Shown here one piece after another: positions 26,116 through 36,101 of a DNA stretch of 64,000 bases (positions are counted from its first letter, which is position 1; each line of letters opens with the position of its first letter). Both the position numbers and the translations under genes were made by a program. A model generated the notes under the pieces. That model made no database searches. It was not told where the DNA came from and saw only the letters and a list, made by a program, of their open reading frames with translations. Source of the DNA: an uncultured Chitinophaga sp. (GTDB taxonomy: Bacteria > Bacteroidota > Bacteroidia > Chitinophagales > LD1); the NCBI GenBank assembly GCA_964615305.1, contig CAZTNA010000011.1, positions 13,023 to 77,022 on the forward strand, given 5' to 3'.

Positions 26116-27663
26116 ATGCTGGTAAAAACTTTTGGCAGTGCGGTGTATGGTGTAGATGCTGCCACTATTACAATTGAAGTAAATGTAGCTGGTGAAGGCA
26201 AATTGAATTATGTCGTAGTTGGACTTCCCGACAATGCTATTAAAGAAGGATTGGCTCGAATGGAAACCGCCCTGAAACAAAGCAAATACAGAATGCCGCG
26301 TGCACGGTTAGTTATTAATCTTTCACCGGCTGACATTAAAAAAGAAGGTACTGCCTACGATCTGCCAATGACCATTGGTGTAATGGCGGCATCGAACCAA
26401 ATTGCAAAACATGACAAGCTGAAAGACTATATTATAATGGGTGAGCTGTCATTAGATGGAAGTATTCTTCCTATTAAAGGTGCTTTACCTATTGCCATAC
26501 AAGCCAGAAAAGAAAAGTTTAAGGGCATTATTCTGCCTAAGCAAAATGCGCGCGAAGCCGCCATTGTAAATAACCTGGTAATAATTGGTGCCGAAACGTT
26601 AACTGAGGTGGTAGAGTTTTTAGAAGACAAAATTTCAATAGCGCCTACTGTTGTAAACACACGCGATGAATTTGAAAACAATGTTCAGCACATTGATTTC
26701 GATTTTGCTGATGTAAAAGGTCAGGAAAACATTAAACGGGCATTAGAAATTGCTGCTGCGGGTGGGCACAATGTTATTTTGATAGGTCCACCGGGAGCCG
26801 GAAAAACTATGCTGGCCAAAAGATTTTCAACCATTTTACCGCCACTTAATTTAAACGAAGCTCTTGAAACAACTAAAATTTATTCAGTAGCCGGTAAGCT
26901 TTCAAAAAATTCATCTCTAATCTATCAGCGGCCCTTCCGCTCTCCACACCATACAGTAAGCGATGTGGCTTTAGTTGGTGGGGGCAGCAACCCGCACCCG
27001 GGTGAAATTTCGTTAGCACACAATGGTGTGCTTTTTTTAGATGAACTGCCTGAGTTTAAACGCACGGTACTAGAAGTAATGCGACAGCCAATGGAAGACA
27101 GAAGCGTAACAATTTCGCGATCTAAGTTTACGGTTTCGTATCCTTCATCATTTATGCTTATTGCTTCTATGAATCCTTGCCCGTGCGGATATTACAATCA
27201 CCCAACCAAAGAGTGTGTTTGTGCCCCGGGTGTTGTTCAAAAATATTTGAATAAAATTTCAGGGCCGCTGATGGATAGAATTGATTTGCACGTAGAGGTA
27301 ACTCCGGTTGACTACAGTGAACTTTCAAGCGAAAGAAAATCGGAAAAAAGCGAATTGATTCGTGAAAGAGTTATTAGAGCCAGAGAAATACAAGTGAAGC
27401 GCTTCGAGACAAAAAAGAATCTACATTGCAATGCACAAATGGAAGCACAAACGGTACAGGAAATTTGCATTATAAGCGAAGCCGGAAAAAATTTGTTGGG
27501 ACGTGCTATGCAAAAACTAAACTTAAGCGCACGTGCTTACGACCGTATAATAAAAGTTAGCCGCACCATTGCCGACTTGGCCGGTAGTGATGAAATAAAA
27601 AACGAACACCTGGCTGAAGCCATTCAGTTCAGAAGTTTAGATAGAGAAGACTGGGCAGTATAA
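26116..27663 (+). CDS. comM: YifB/ComM family Mg-chelatase-like AAA+ ATPase
   Basis: Start taken at ATG 26116 (MLVKTFGSAVYGVDA). Walker A is GPPGAGKTMLA. FLDELPEF and a C-terminal HLAEAIQFRSLDR are present. Confidence 0.9.
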   Translation: MLVKTFGSAVYGVDAATITIEVNVAGEGKLNYVVVGLPDNAIKEGLARMETALKQSKYRMPRARLVINLSPADIKKEGTAYDLPMTIGVMAASNQIAKHDKLKDYIIMGELSLDGSILPIKGALPIAIQARKEKFKGIILPKQNAREAAIVNNLVIIGAETLTEVVEFLEDKISIAPTVVNTRDEFENNVQHIDFDFADVKGQENIKRALEIAAAGGHNVILIGPPGAGKTMLAKRFSTILPPLNLNEALETTKIYSVAGKLSKNSSLIYQRPFRSPHHTVSDVALVGGGSNPHPGEISLAHNGVLFLDELPEFKRTVLEVMRQPMEDRSVTISRSKFTVSYPSSFMLIASMNPCPCGYYNHPTKECVCAPGVVQKYLNKISGPLMDRIDLHVEVTPVDYSELSSERKSEKSELIRERVIRAREIQVKRFETKKNLHCNAQMEAQTVQEICIISEAGKNLLGRAMQKLNLSARAYDRIIKVSRTIADLAGSDEIKNEHLAEAIQFRSLDREDWAV

Positions 27664-27676
27664 TTTTGTTTCCACA

Positions 27677-28372
27677 CTAAGGCACAACCTGTACTGTGCG
27701 GTTAAGTGCACGGTACTTTGACCTTATTCTTCCGCCTTCAGGTGTTCCTTCTGCTACAATTACATCGGTGCTTCTATCCATGTAGCAAACTGCCGGCCCC
27801 ACGGGCACACCAGATAATTGACCGGTACCCATCACCAGGTTAGTTGCTCCATCACCATCTTGCAAATAAAGTGCGTCTTGCCCCCAGGTCCAGCTACCCA
27901 CAAACAAACCAACATACTGGTTAGATGAAAGGTGTGAGCCGGCCCAAGTAAACGTGTTTGCTATGCTTTTTACAATAGTGTCGAAGTCAGCAGCAAACGC
28001 AATGGTGTCGCAAAGCGGAATAGTGTTGGTAAATGTTTGGTTGTTCTGATTGGTGTAAACAAACGTGCCGCTTGTAATTCTACCGGCAAACTCTTTAAAG
28101 TGACCAAAGAAAATTGCGTTGTAAGGCAATACTTCGTTATTGAATTTTACGTTGGCGCCTGAGTCAAGTTCAAGCAAAGTACCGGTAGCGCCTCCAAAAC
28201 GAAACCGGGCAACCACCCAGCTTTTGTCTGTATTGCGGTCGTAGAACACTTCATAATCACTGTAAATTTTATTCTGGTTTACGTCTGACGAATTTTCTTT
28301 GGCACAAGCAGCCAATAATAAGCAAACAGCAAAAAGCTGCATTAAGCGTTTAAAATGCGTTCTGTTTTTCAT
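27677..28372 (-). CDS. Lipoprotein, unknown function
   Basis: The signal peptide has a lipobox-like LLLAACAKE. No motif recognised. Confidence 0.6.
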   Translation of the reverse strand: MKNRTHFKRLMQLFAVCLLLAACAKENSSDVNQNKIYSDYEVFYDRNTDKSWVVARFRFGGATGTLLELDSGANVKFNNEVLPYNAIFFGHFKEFAGRITSGTFVYTNQNNQTFTNTIPLCDTIAFAADFDTIVKSIANTFTWAGSHLSSNQYVGLFVGSWTWGQDALYLQDGDGATNLVMGTGQLSGVPVGPAVCYMDRSTDVIVAEGTPEGGRIRSKYRALNRTVQVVP

Positions 28373-28480
28373 GATATTAGTTTGATGTGTAACGAATCTA
28401 CAAGAAATTTTACGCTTAAAAAACTCTTAGCCCAAAACCGATTGCAGATCGGCTTCGTAATTTCATTTTAAAAATATTGT

Positions 28481-28966
28481 ATGGTCAACTATAGCTTTCT
28501 TACCGTTTGGAAATTTGATGCCCCCATTGAAAAAGTTTACAATGCTATTCATGATTCAACTACTTACCACCTTTGGTGGAAAGGGCAAAGCCCCGTAAAA
28601 TCTGTAAAAAGCGGTGACACGCTAGGAGTAGGTGCCGTTCGTCAGTTTAAAACCCGCAGTGTCTTGCCTTACAATTTAACCTATACAGGAACTGTGTTAG
28701 AGGTGATGCCTCAACAAAAAATTGTAGGCACTACCGTGGGTGAGTTGATAGGCAGAGGCGAATGGACATTTGAAAACAAGAATGGTATTACTACAGTAAA
28801 CTACCTCTGGAACGTAAAAACCAATTCAGTTGTTATGAACTTGCTGGCTCCGGTTTTAAAACCACTTTTTGAGTGGAATCACGATGTGGTAATGAAATGG
28901 GGAGGCGAAGGTTTGGCAAAATATCTCGATTGCCAAATAATGGAGAATCGCTCTTCGGCTGTGTAG
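28481..28966 (+). CDS. SRPBCC (START/polyketide cyclase-like) family protein
   Basis: 161 aa. The pattern V.a....vw..i.d...y..WW.g......g...GvG resembles SRPBCC ligand-binding proteins. Confidence 0.6.
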   Translation: MVNYSFLTVWKFDAPIEKVYNAIHDSTTYHLWWKGQSPVKSVKSGDTLGVGAVRQFKTRSVLPYNLTYTGTVLEVMPQQKIVGTTVGELIGRGEWTFENKNGITTVNYLWNVKTNSVVMNLLAPVLKPLFEWNHDVVMKWGGEGLAKYLDCQIMENRSSAV

Positions 28967-28967
28967 A

Positions 28968-29675
28968 TTACTTCATGTTGTGAAATACCTGTTGCACATC
29001 TTCGTCTTCCTCCAGTTTTTCAATCAATTTTATTACTTCTTCTGCTTCTGCATCTGAAAGTTCTTTATAGAAGTCAGGAATTTTTTCGTAAGCACTTTCT
29101 GTAACCTCAATTCCTTTTGCTTCGAGTGCTTTTGCCAGATTTCCGAAATCGTTGAATTCTGCATAAGCAGTCAGCACACCTTCTTCATCGTGCAATTCGG
29201 TGAGTCCACCGTCTATCAGTTCCAATTCAAGTTCTTCGGGGTTCCAATTTGCTTTCGGAAACTTAAACAGTGCACGTTTCTTAAACATGTATTCCACAGA
29301 ACCACTCGTGCCAATAGTACCACCGTTTTTATTACATATAGTTCGAAGGTTGGCAATAGTTCTTGTAGGGTTATCGGTAGCTGTGTCAATAACAATAGCT
29401 ACACCGTGCGCGCCATAGCCTTCATACGTAACTTCTTCGTAAGCAGCTGTATCTTTTTGAGTAGCCCGTTTAATGGCAGCTTCCACACGGTCTTTGGGCA
29501 TGTTAACTGCTTTGGCATTTTGTATGCAAGTACGCAAGCGCGCATTGCTGTCAGGGTCGCCACCACCGGCTTTTACTGCTATGGCAATATCTTTCCCAAT
29601 GCGGGTAAAAGCTTTTGCCATAGCTCCCCACCTTTTCATTTTTCTTTCTTTGCGAAATTCAAACGCGCGTCCCAT
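28968..29675 (-). CDS. YebC/PmpR family DNA-binding transcriptional regulator
   Basis: The N-terminus MGRAFEFRKERKMKRWGAMAKAFTRIGKDIAIAVKAGGGDPDSNARLR is nearly diagnostic. Confidence 0.9.
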   Translation of the reverse strand: MGRAFEFRKERKMKRWGAMAKAFTRIGKDIAIAVKAGGGDPDSNARLRTCIQNAKAVNMPKDRVEAAIKRATQKDTAAYEEVTYEGYGAHGVAIVIDTATDNPTRTIANLRTICNKNGGTIGTSGSVEYMFKKRALFKFPKANWNPEELELELIDGGLTELHDEEGVLTAYAEFNDFGNLAKALEAKGIEVTESAYEKIPDFYKELSDAEAEEVIKLIEKLEEDEDVQQVFHNMK

Positions 29676-29769
29676 AAGTATTGTATTGAAGTTTAATTGT
29701 GCGGGCTAATGTAAAAAAGGGCGCTGAAAACGAATTCGAATATCTGTCTGCATTTTACAAATTCGTTGC

Positions 29770-30279
29770 ATGATAAAATTTAACGCCACCCTCGAAAAAT
29801 TTGCCGAACAAGGCGAAAAAACCGGCTGGACATTTTTTGTAGTGCCGGCCGAAATTGCCAGTAAGCTAAAGCCAAACACAAAAAAATCGTTTCGTGTAAA
29901 AGGAAAGTTAGATGGCTTTGCAATTAAGCAAGTAGCATTAGTGCCTATGGGCGGTGGTGATTTTATTTTGCCGGTAAATGCTGCTATACGTAAAGGAATA
30001 GGAAAACGAAAAGGAGCACAACTAAACGTGCTGTTAGAAGCTGATGATTCTGCCATTGCTATATCAGAAGATTTGCTGGCATGCTTAGAAAATGAGCCCA
30101 AGGCACAGGAACACTTTAATCAACTACACAAGGGCGAACAGAACTATTTTTCGAAATGGATTGACAGCGCCAAAACGGCAGCCACCAAAGAGAAACGAAT
30201 TTTGTTTGCGCTCAAAGCATTTTCACTCGGCCTGCGTTTTGGCCCGGCTATGCGGGCACTGAAAGATGAAACGAAATAG
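29770..30279 (+). CDS. DUF1905 / YdeI-like family protein
   Basis: GWTFFVVPAEIASKL...RVKGKLDG (DUF1905-like) is followed by a YdeI-like C-terminal helix region (FNQL..GEQNYFSKWIDSAKT..TKEKRI). Confidence 0.6.
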   Translation: MIKFNATLEKFAEQGEKTGWTFFVVPAEIASKLKPNTKKSFRVKGKLDGFAIKQVALVPMGGGDFILPVNAAIRKGIGKRKGAQLNVLLEADDSAIAISEDLLACLENEPKAQEHFNQLHKGEQNYFSKWIDSAKTAATKEKRILFALKAFSLGLRFGPAMRALKDETK

Positions 30280-30308
30280 CTATACGGCTATTAGTCTGTA
30301 ATGTACCG

Positions 30309-33300
30309 TTATCGGCCCACTACAATTTGTTGTACTCGCTTTCCACCGTGGCTTATTAGTTCTGCGTAATAAACGCCTGTTGCAAAACGCGATAAATCAA
30401 ATTCAGTTTTAAGCGAAGAGATTTTTTGTTGAAGCATTTCCTGACCAAGCACATTAGTAATGCGCAGCGTAGAGCTTTCTGCAACTGCACTTACTTCAAC
30501 TATTACATTATCTAAAACAGGGTTCGGATAAACACGAAAACCTAAACCAACATTCAATTGATTTATGCCCACGCTAACTACGGAAATAGAAGTAGCTGCC
30601 GTGCAGTTATTTGCATCTGTAACTGTTACCAAATATGTTCCTGATGCGAGCCCTGAAATGGTTTGTGTAGTAGCCCCATTGCTCCATACATAATTAACCG
30701 GTGATGCTGCTCCGTAAACTGTATCTACCGTAGCGGTTCCGTTAGTAGAAGAAGTAACCGGTTGTAACTGTTGTGGTTGCTGCACTAAAGCGGTAGCGCT
30801 TGCGCTGCATCCGTTTACATCGGTAACTGTTACAGTACAGTTGCCCGCGCTAAGGTTCGAAACTGATGGTGTGGTGTCGCTATTGCACCATAAATAAGTA
30901 AATGCACCTGTGCCACCGGCAGCCACTGCATTTGCTGCTCCATTACTTTCACCAAAACAAATTGTTGGTGTAGAGCCGGTGGTAACAGAAACACTGTCCG
31001 GTTCAGAAACAACAACGCTTGAGCTTGCTGTGCAATTTTGCGTATCTGTAATAGTAACCGAGTATATGCCTGCAGCTATGTTCGAAATTGAATTGGCTGT
31101 TTGAGTGTTACTCCATTCGTAACTAAAATTACCATTTCCTCCTGTAGCAATCACTTGTACTGTTCCGTTGGCATCACCAAAACAAAGCGCATTAGTGACT
31201 GATATCGAAGAAACAATTTCTGCGGGTTCTGAAACCGTAAAAGAATCAATGCGCATACACCCATTGCCGTCTGTAATGGTAACCGTGTATTGGTTAGCTG
31301 TTACATTTTGAATGGAAGATCCGGTTTCTGTGTTACTCCACAAATAGGTGTAAGCCGGTGTGCCGTTAGTTACTGTAACCGAAGCCGTGCCGTCTGACAA
31401 TCCAAAGCATGTTACGTTAGAAAATGACTTGGTTGTAGTAAGGTCTGATGTTGCAATTACTTGAACACCGGTAGTAACTGTACAGTTATTAGCATCGGTA
31501 ACTGTAACATCGTAACCAGCGGGTGCCAGATTCAGGATGGAAGAAGTTGTTTGCGAGTTACTCCACAAATAACGGTAACCGCTTGTACCGCCTGTAACAT
31601 ACAATGATGCTTCGCCATTGTTTTGCCCACAGGCAGCATTGACAACAACTACTGAAATTTCTAATGAGTCAGGTTGTGAAACTATTGCGGCAGCTGTTGA
31701 AGTGCAGTTGTTTGCATCAGTGATTGTTACAAAATAATTTCCCGCCAGCAGATTGCTTATGTCTTTAGTAGTGGCGCCTCCGTCCCAGCTATAAGTGTAA
31801 CCGGATATGCCACCACCCACATTTAAGTTGATGGCTCCCGTGTTTTCTCCGTTACATAAAACATTTGTTTGCGTTGTTGAAGAAGTAATAGCTGTTGGCT
31901 GAGAAATGGTTGCGGTTGTACTCGAAGTGCAGCTGTTAGCATCTGTAATAGTTACCGAATAACTGCCTGCGGCCATGTTGTTTCGGTCTTCGGTAGTAAC
32001 TCCGCCACCCCAGTTGTAGGTGTAACCCGAAGTGCCCCCACTTACCGTAAGATTGATAGCACCCGTGTTTTCGCCATTACACAACACATCTGTAACCGCA
32101 GTAAATTTTAAAATAGCCGTGGGTTGTGTAACTGTTGCAGATGCCGTAGTAGTGCAATTATTTGCATCAGTAATGGTTACCAAATAGCTGCCTGCGGCAA
32201 TATTGTTTCTGTCTTCAGTAGTAACTCCACCAGCCCAGTTGTAGGTGTAACCCGAAGTACCCCCACCTACCGTAAGATTGATAGCGCCTGTGTTTTCGCC
32301 ATTACACAACACATTTGTAACCGCAGTAGATTTTGAAATAGCCGTAGGTTGTGTAACCGTAGCAGCTGCTGTTGCCGAGCAGGATTTTATATCAGTAACG
32401 GTTACCGTGTAGTTACCTGCTGCAAGGTTGGTTCGGTTCTGTGTAGTAACTCCACCTCCCCAGTTGAAAGTATAGCCGGGCGTTCCGCTGCTTACATTCA
32501 ACGTTATAGCTCCTGTGTTTTCTCCGTTGCATAACACATGAGTAGGTGTTGCCGATGCAAGAACCGCAGGGTTAACGGTAGCTGTTACCGGCACGCGCTC
32601 CGAAATGCAATCTTGCTCTTTTACTTCCCAATCATAGAAGAAGTAATAGTAAGTGCTGCTACCGGGGGCATTGTTTCCGAAAATGCTGACAATACCGTTG
32701 GCATCGTTGTAAGGATAAGCCGCTCCGGTGCTGTTACGATACAAATTCATGGTATCACGCAGGCCGAGTTCATAAGGCCCACCCGGAATTAAGTCAATGT
32801 TGAGCGTAACGCGGCTGGTGCCGTTAGGAATAAAAACTGTTTTGTTGGTAATAACACCACCCAGCGAATCGCGATATTGAATGGTACGGTATGCATCGCC
32901 TTGTGCGTACACCAACACACTCACCAACTTCGAATTTTTGAAAACACGGAATTTGAGTGCGCGAGTTTGGGTGGTGTTGTAGTTGCTTCCGTTGCCAATT
33001 GCGTTGCTCAATGGCCCAACATGGTAAATGGGCTGCACCTGGGTATCCTGCACAAAATATGTAGTGGTGGTATTTAACACCGGTGTAGTAAACGGGTTGG
33101 TGTTGCTCACCACATTGCCCAGAGAATCGAACCAGGCAACAGGGTCGGTATCGTTTGCAAGAAGCGAGAAAGATTTCGGCCCACAGTTTTGCTGATTGGT
33201 AACCGAAGGCCCCGCAGGTTTCGCTACGTTTATGTAATTAGTTCTTGTAAATGTGTTGTTGCCAAAACCGTTAGTGGCCTTCAGCGAAACTGTGTAAGTG

Positions 33301-35768
33301 CCGTTGTTGATATAAGTATGCGTAGGATGCTGAAGTGTAGAAGTGTTTCCATCGCCAAAAGTCCAGAGCCATGAGCTGGGGCCGCCTATACTCATGTCGG
33401 TAAATTTTACGGTACCGCTGCATGTTTGTGTTACATCTGCTTTAAAATTTGCAGTGGGCGGTGAATTAGGGTTAATACAAGTCCACTGAATAGTAAAGCC
33501 CGCTGCTACCACACCCGGGTCGGTGTATTGGCGGATGGTGATAGAAGAACCGGTAGATACAATATCGGCAGGAATGGTGGTGCCTGTGTAGCTGCCAATT
33601 ACCGGGCTGGCGGTAGTGGGGCCATCATATACATACAGATAATCGTAGTTGGCTTCCATATTAAACTGCGTGAAGTGCAACTGCACCTGCGATGCACCTG
33701 TAGGTGCTATGGTTACTGTGCTGTTGGTATTGTCGGTATAGTTTCCCGTTGGGCCTCCGCTATCATAGATAGTGCCGGTGCAAGCAGTTTGTGTTTGGTA
33801 AGTGCCGGTAGTGGGCAATATTACTTCGCAGGCATTAGCGGCATTTATGTTTACATAATTGGTGCGGATTAAACTATCTACTCCGCAGTTTCCGGTGCCA
33901 ATAAGTTTAACGGTGTAAACTCCGAAAGCAGCATACGTGTGTGAAGGGTTTAATGATGTACTCGCACCTCCATCGCCAAAGTTCCATGTGAAGTTGCTTA
34001 CGTTGGTGCTGCTGTTGGTGAAGTTTACAGTAAACGGCACAGAGCAACCTGTAACAGGAGTAGCTACAAACTGGGCATCGGCCCCGGCAACAAATGGGGC
34101 GCCTACCCCTACTGCATGCCATGCGTTGGTGGTTGAAATAGCTTCTGGCGAACACACACCAAACAAATCGTTGGCAGATTGAATGGCATAGAAACGCGCA
34201 TCGGCATAATCGCTGGTGCTGGTAAGATAGTTTACATCATTGCGCCAGGCAATTTGTACGGCTTTGTTTCTGCCTATAGCTGTAACGTTGTATGCATTTC
34301 CTAAATCATTGGTGCCTGAGCCTCCAACGCTGAGGCGGTAATACCAGTGGTTTTGCACGCCACTGTTGGTGTGCACGCCACCGTTGTCGCCAGTGCCGGT
34401 GTACCAGTTGGTGCCGTTGTAGGTGTCGGGGTCGCCATAGGTGTTGGGGCTGCTCATAGAGCGGAAAGGGGTACCAATGTCTTCGGCCAGTAACCAGTTA
34501 GCGAGTGTAGAGTCGGCATACCATTCGGTGGCAGCACCAAAAATATCGCTGAAAGATTCATTGAGTGCGCCTGATTCGTCTTGATAGTCTAAGTTAGATG
34601 TGCGCTCTGTTAAGCCATGAGAAATTTCGTGGCCGGTAATGTCGAGCGAAACGAGGGGTTCGTAGTTGCTGTTGCCATCACCAAAGGTCATGCGGGTACC
34701 GTCCCAAAAGGCGTTTACGTAGTTTTCATCGTAGTGCATATACAGGTTGAGTGCGTAACCTGCGTTGTCAATAGAGTTTCTGCCCATGGTGGTATAAAAA
34801 TCGTAGGTCATTTCGGCACCCCAGTGTGCGTCACCGGCATATTGGTCGAGCGCTGTGTTTATGTTGTTCCAAACGTTGTTGGCATCTAAAAAATCTACCG
34901 CGTTGCCGTAACTTGTGCCGGTTTGCATATTGTAAGTTCTAATACCCAAGCCGCGAGGCGCTTCTCTTAAGCGATACTGCCCGTTGTAACTATCGGCAGT
35001 AATGGTTCGGTTGCCGCGGTAAACCGTTGTGGCTGTGCCGGTAGTATTGGCGTGATGAATGCGATCGGCTTTTTTGAGTACTGTGCCCGTTTGCGCATCT
35101 ACATAAACGTAGTGGCGGCTCATGGGTTGGTGTGCGTAAATGTCGAACTTCCACGCCAGGCGGAAGTTGTTTGATTCATTGTTACCGATTTGTAGAATTT
35201 CTAATTCGCCTTTCGGAAAATACGTAGCCAGCGGATTGCCGCTTTCTTGTTTCAGGAAATTTTCCTCTTCAGGTAATTGCCATTTGTATATGTTGGCGTG
35301 GATGCTGTGTATGGCTTTGTTCAGCGCCATAGATTCTGAAAGCGAAGCAGAAGTTGTTACTGTGATATTTCTAAAAAGGTAGCCGTTGAATTTTTTCACT
35401 GCTCCGTTTTGCATGTGCAACAGAAAAATGCCATTGCGCACGGGCACGTTGTTTACCAGCACCTGAAAGCGCTTATGCTCCCAACCTATTAAATCGGTTT
35501 CGGTGGCCAGTAATTTGAAACTGTATGAAGCAGGAAGTTGAAATGCTTTTTTGAGTATGAAGAAAAAATCTTCTTCAGCGGGTTGTTGTCCATTGCGGAA
35601 CTGAATAAAAGCAGGCACGGTGTTTTGCTGCTTGAGCCATATATGTTCGGCACCGGGCCAAATAGCGTTAGCTTCGGCACCAAAAACTTCTTTAGCCGCA
35701 AAACGCTCTTGCGAATAACAAAAAGCTGCGGTAAAGAGAAGTAGAGAGAGAAAGCAGAACTTCTTCAT
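30309..35768 (-). CDS. M4 (thermolysin-like) metallopeptidase fused to PKD, CUB-like and about 11 SprB-type repeats, with a T9SS type A sorting domain
   Basis: HEISHG (HExxH, 34617-34631) and GALNESFSDIFG. PKD blocks are FGDGGAS..NPSHTY and FGDGNTS..HPTHTY. CUB-like block: GTIYDSGGPTGNY..YDYLYVYDG. Repeated CNGENTGAI/CFG..NG units are present. C-terminus: FRVYPNPVLDNVIVEV...GVYYAEL. Confidence 0.9.
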   Translation of the reverse strand: MKKFCFLSLLLFTAAFCYSQERFAAKEVFGAEANAIWPGAEHIWLKQQNTVPAFIQFRNGQQPAEEDFFFILKKAFQLPASYSFKLLATETDLIGWEHKRFQVLVNNVPVRNGIFLLHMQNGAVKKFNGYLFRNITVTTSASLSESMALNKAIHSIHANIYKWQLPEEENFLKQESGNPLATYFPKGELEILQIGNNESNNFRLAWKFDIYAHQPMSRHYVYVDAQTGTVLKKADRIHHANTTGTATTVYRGNRTITADSYNGQYRLREAPRGLGIRTYNMQTGTSYGNAVDFLDANNVWNNINTALDQYAGDAHWGAEMTYDFYTTMGRNSIDNAGYALNLYMHYDENYVNAFWDGTRMTFGDGNSNYEPLVSLDITGHEISHGLTERTSNLDYQDESGALNESFSDIFGAATEWYADSTLANWLLAEDIGTPFRSMSSPNTYGDPDTYNGTNWYTGTGDNGGVHTNSGVQNHWYYRLSVGGSGTNDLGNAYNVTAIGRNKAVQIAWRNDVNYLTSTSDYADARFYAIQSANDLFGVCSPEAISTTNAWHAVGVGAPFVAGADAQFVATPVTGCSVPFTVNFTNSSTNVSNFTWNFGDGGASTSLNPSHTYAAFGVYTVKLIGTGNCGVDSLIRTNYVNINAANACEVILPTTGTYQTQTACTGTIYDSGGPTGNYTDNTNSTVTIAPTGASQVQLHFTQFNMEANYDYLYVYDGPTTASPVIGSYTGTTIPADIVSTGSSITIRQYTDPGVVAAGFTIQWTCINPNSPPTANFKADVTQTCSGTVKFTDMSIGGPSSWLWTFGDGNTSTLQHPTHTYINNGTYTVSLKATNGFGNNTFTRTNYINVAKPAGPSVTNQQNCGPKSFSLLANDTDPVAWFDSLGNVVSNTNPFTTPVLNTTTTYFVQDTQVQPIYHVGPLSNAIGNGSNYNTTQTRALKFRVFKNSKLVSVLVYAQGDAYRTIQYRDSLGGVITNKTVFIPNGTSRVTLNIDLIPGGPYELGLRDTMNLYRNSTGAAYPYNDANGIVSIFGNNAPGSSTYYYFFYDWEVKEQDCISERVPVTATVNPAVLASATPTHVLCNGENTGAITLNVSSGTPGYTFNWGGGVTTQNRTNLAAGNYTVTVTDIKSCSATAAATVTQPTAISKSTAVTNVLCNGENTGAINLTVGGGTSGYTYNWAGGVTTEDRNNIAAGSYLVTITDANNCTTTASATVTQPTAILKFTAVTDVLCNGENTGAINLTVSGGTSGYTYNWGGGVTTEDRNNMAAGSYSVTITDANSCTSSTTATISQPTAITSSTTQTNVLCNGENTGAINLNVGGGISGYTYSWDGGATTKDISNLLAGNYFVTITDANNCTSTAAAIVSQPDSLEISVVVVNAACGQNNGEASLYVTGGTSGYRYLWSNSQTTSSILNLAPAGYDVTVTDANNCTVTTGVQVIATSDLTTTKSFSNVTCFGLSDGTASVTVTNGTPAYTYLWSNTETGSSIQNVTANQYTVTITDGNGCMRIDSFTVSEPAEIVSSISVTNALCFGDANGTVQVIATGGNGNFSYEWSNTQTANSISNIAAGIYSVTITDTQNCTASSSVVVSEPDSVSVTTGSTPTICFGESNGAANAVAAGGTGAFTYLWCNSDTTPSVSNLSAGNCTVTVTDVNGCSASATALVQQPQQLQPVTSSTNGTATVDTVYGAASPVNYVWSNGATTQTISGLASGTYLVTVTDANNCTAATSISVVSVGINQLNVGLGFRVYPNPVLDNVIVEVSAVAESSTLRITNVLGQEMLQQKISSLKTEFDLSRFATGVYYAELISHGGKRVQQIVVGR
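31690..32560. repeat. Exact 225-bp (75-codon) tandem repeats inside the M4 protease gene, the most similar 4 units of the SprB-type array
   Basis: The anchor string GTGTTTTC recurs at 31840, 32065, 32290 and 32515, spaced exactly 225 bp. Units such as TQPTAISKSTAVTNVLCNGENTGAINLTVGGGTSGYTYNW and TQPTAILKFTAVTDVLCNGENTGAINLTVSGGTSGYTYNW are nearly identical. Confidence 0.85.
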
Positions 35769-36101
35769 AGTTATGATTGAAGATTAAAGAAAAGAATGTT
35801 TTTGCTTTTTTGTGCCTCAACCCCACGCCCAACCCGGCTCGCACACACCACAACTTAAACGGCAAAAATTGGCTTGACCCAAACAGCACTACTTTTTTTG
35901 TGTTTGAAATTAATTTTCAAACTAACTCATGAATGCTAATGCGCCTGACTAAAAAAATATTGCGTAAAAAAGCCTTAAAACTACAGGTTGGGGAAGGCAA
36001 TTTATGTCGCCCGTGCTGTAAAAGCTAACGGATGTGCTGAAATGGTGGGAAACCAGAGTGGCGTTTGCCCTAGGTACAGAAACTTGCTACACTCGAGCTA
36101 A

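Noticed and set aside
26062-26280. 72-aa minus-strand ORF overlapping the comM start region
   Set aside because: It overlaps the well-supported comM 5' end and its promoter region, has no motif, and has unusual composition.
29190-30101. ORFs of 168, 78, 72 and 131 aa overlapping yebC and the YdeI-like gene
   Set aside because: They are antisense or off-frame shadows of well-supported genes, with odd composition (Cys/Ser/Phe-rich) and no motifs.
30590-32560. The regular periodicity could suggest a CRISPR-like or satellite array
   Set aside because: The period is 225 bp, in frame, and encodes SprB-type protein repeats. It has no repeat-spacer structure, and no CRISPR array exists anywhere in the window.
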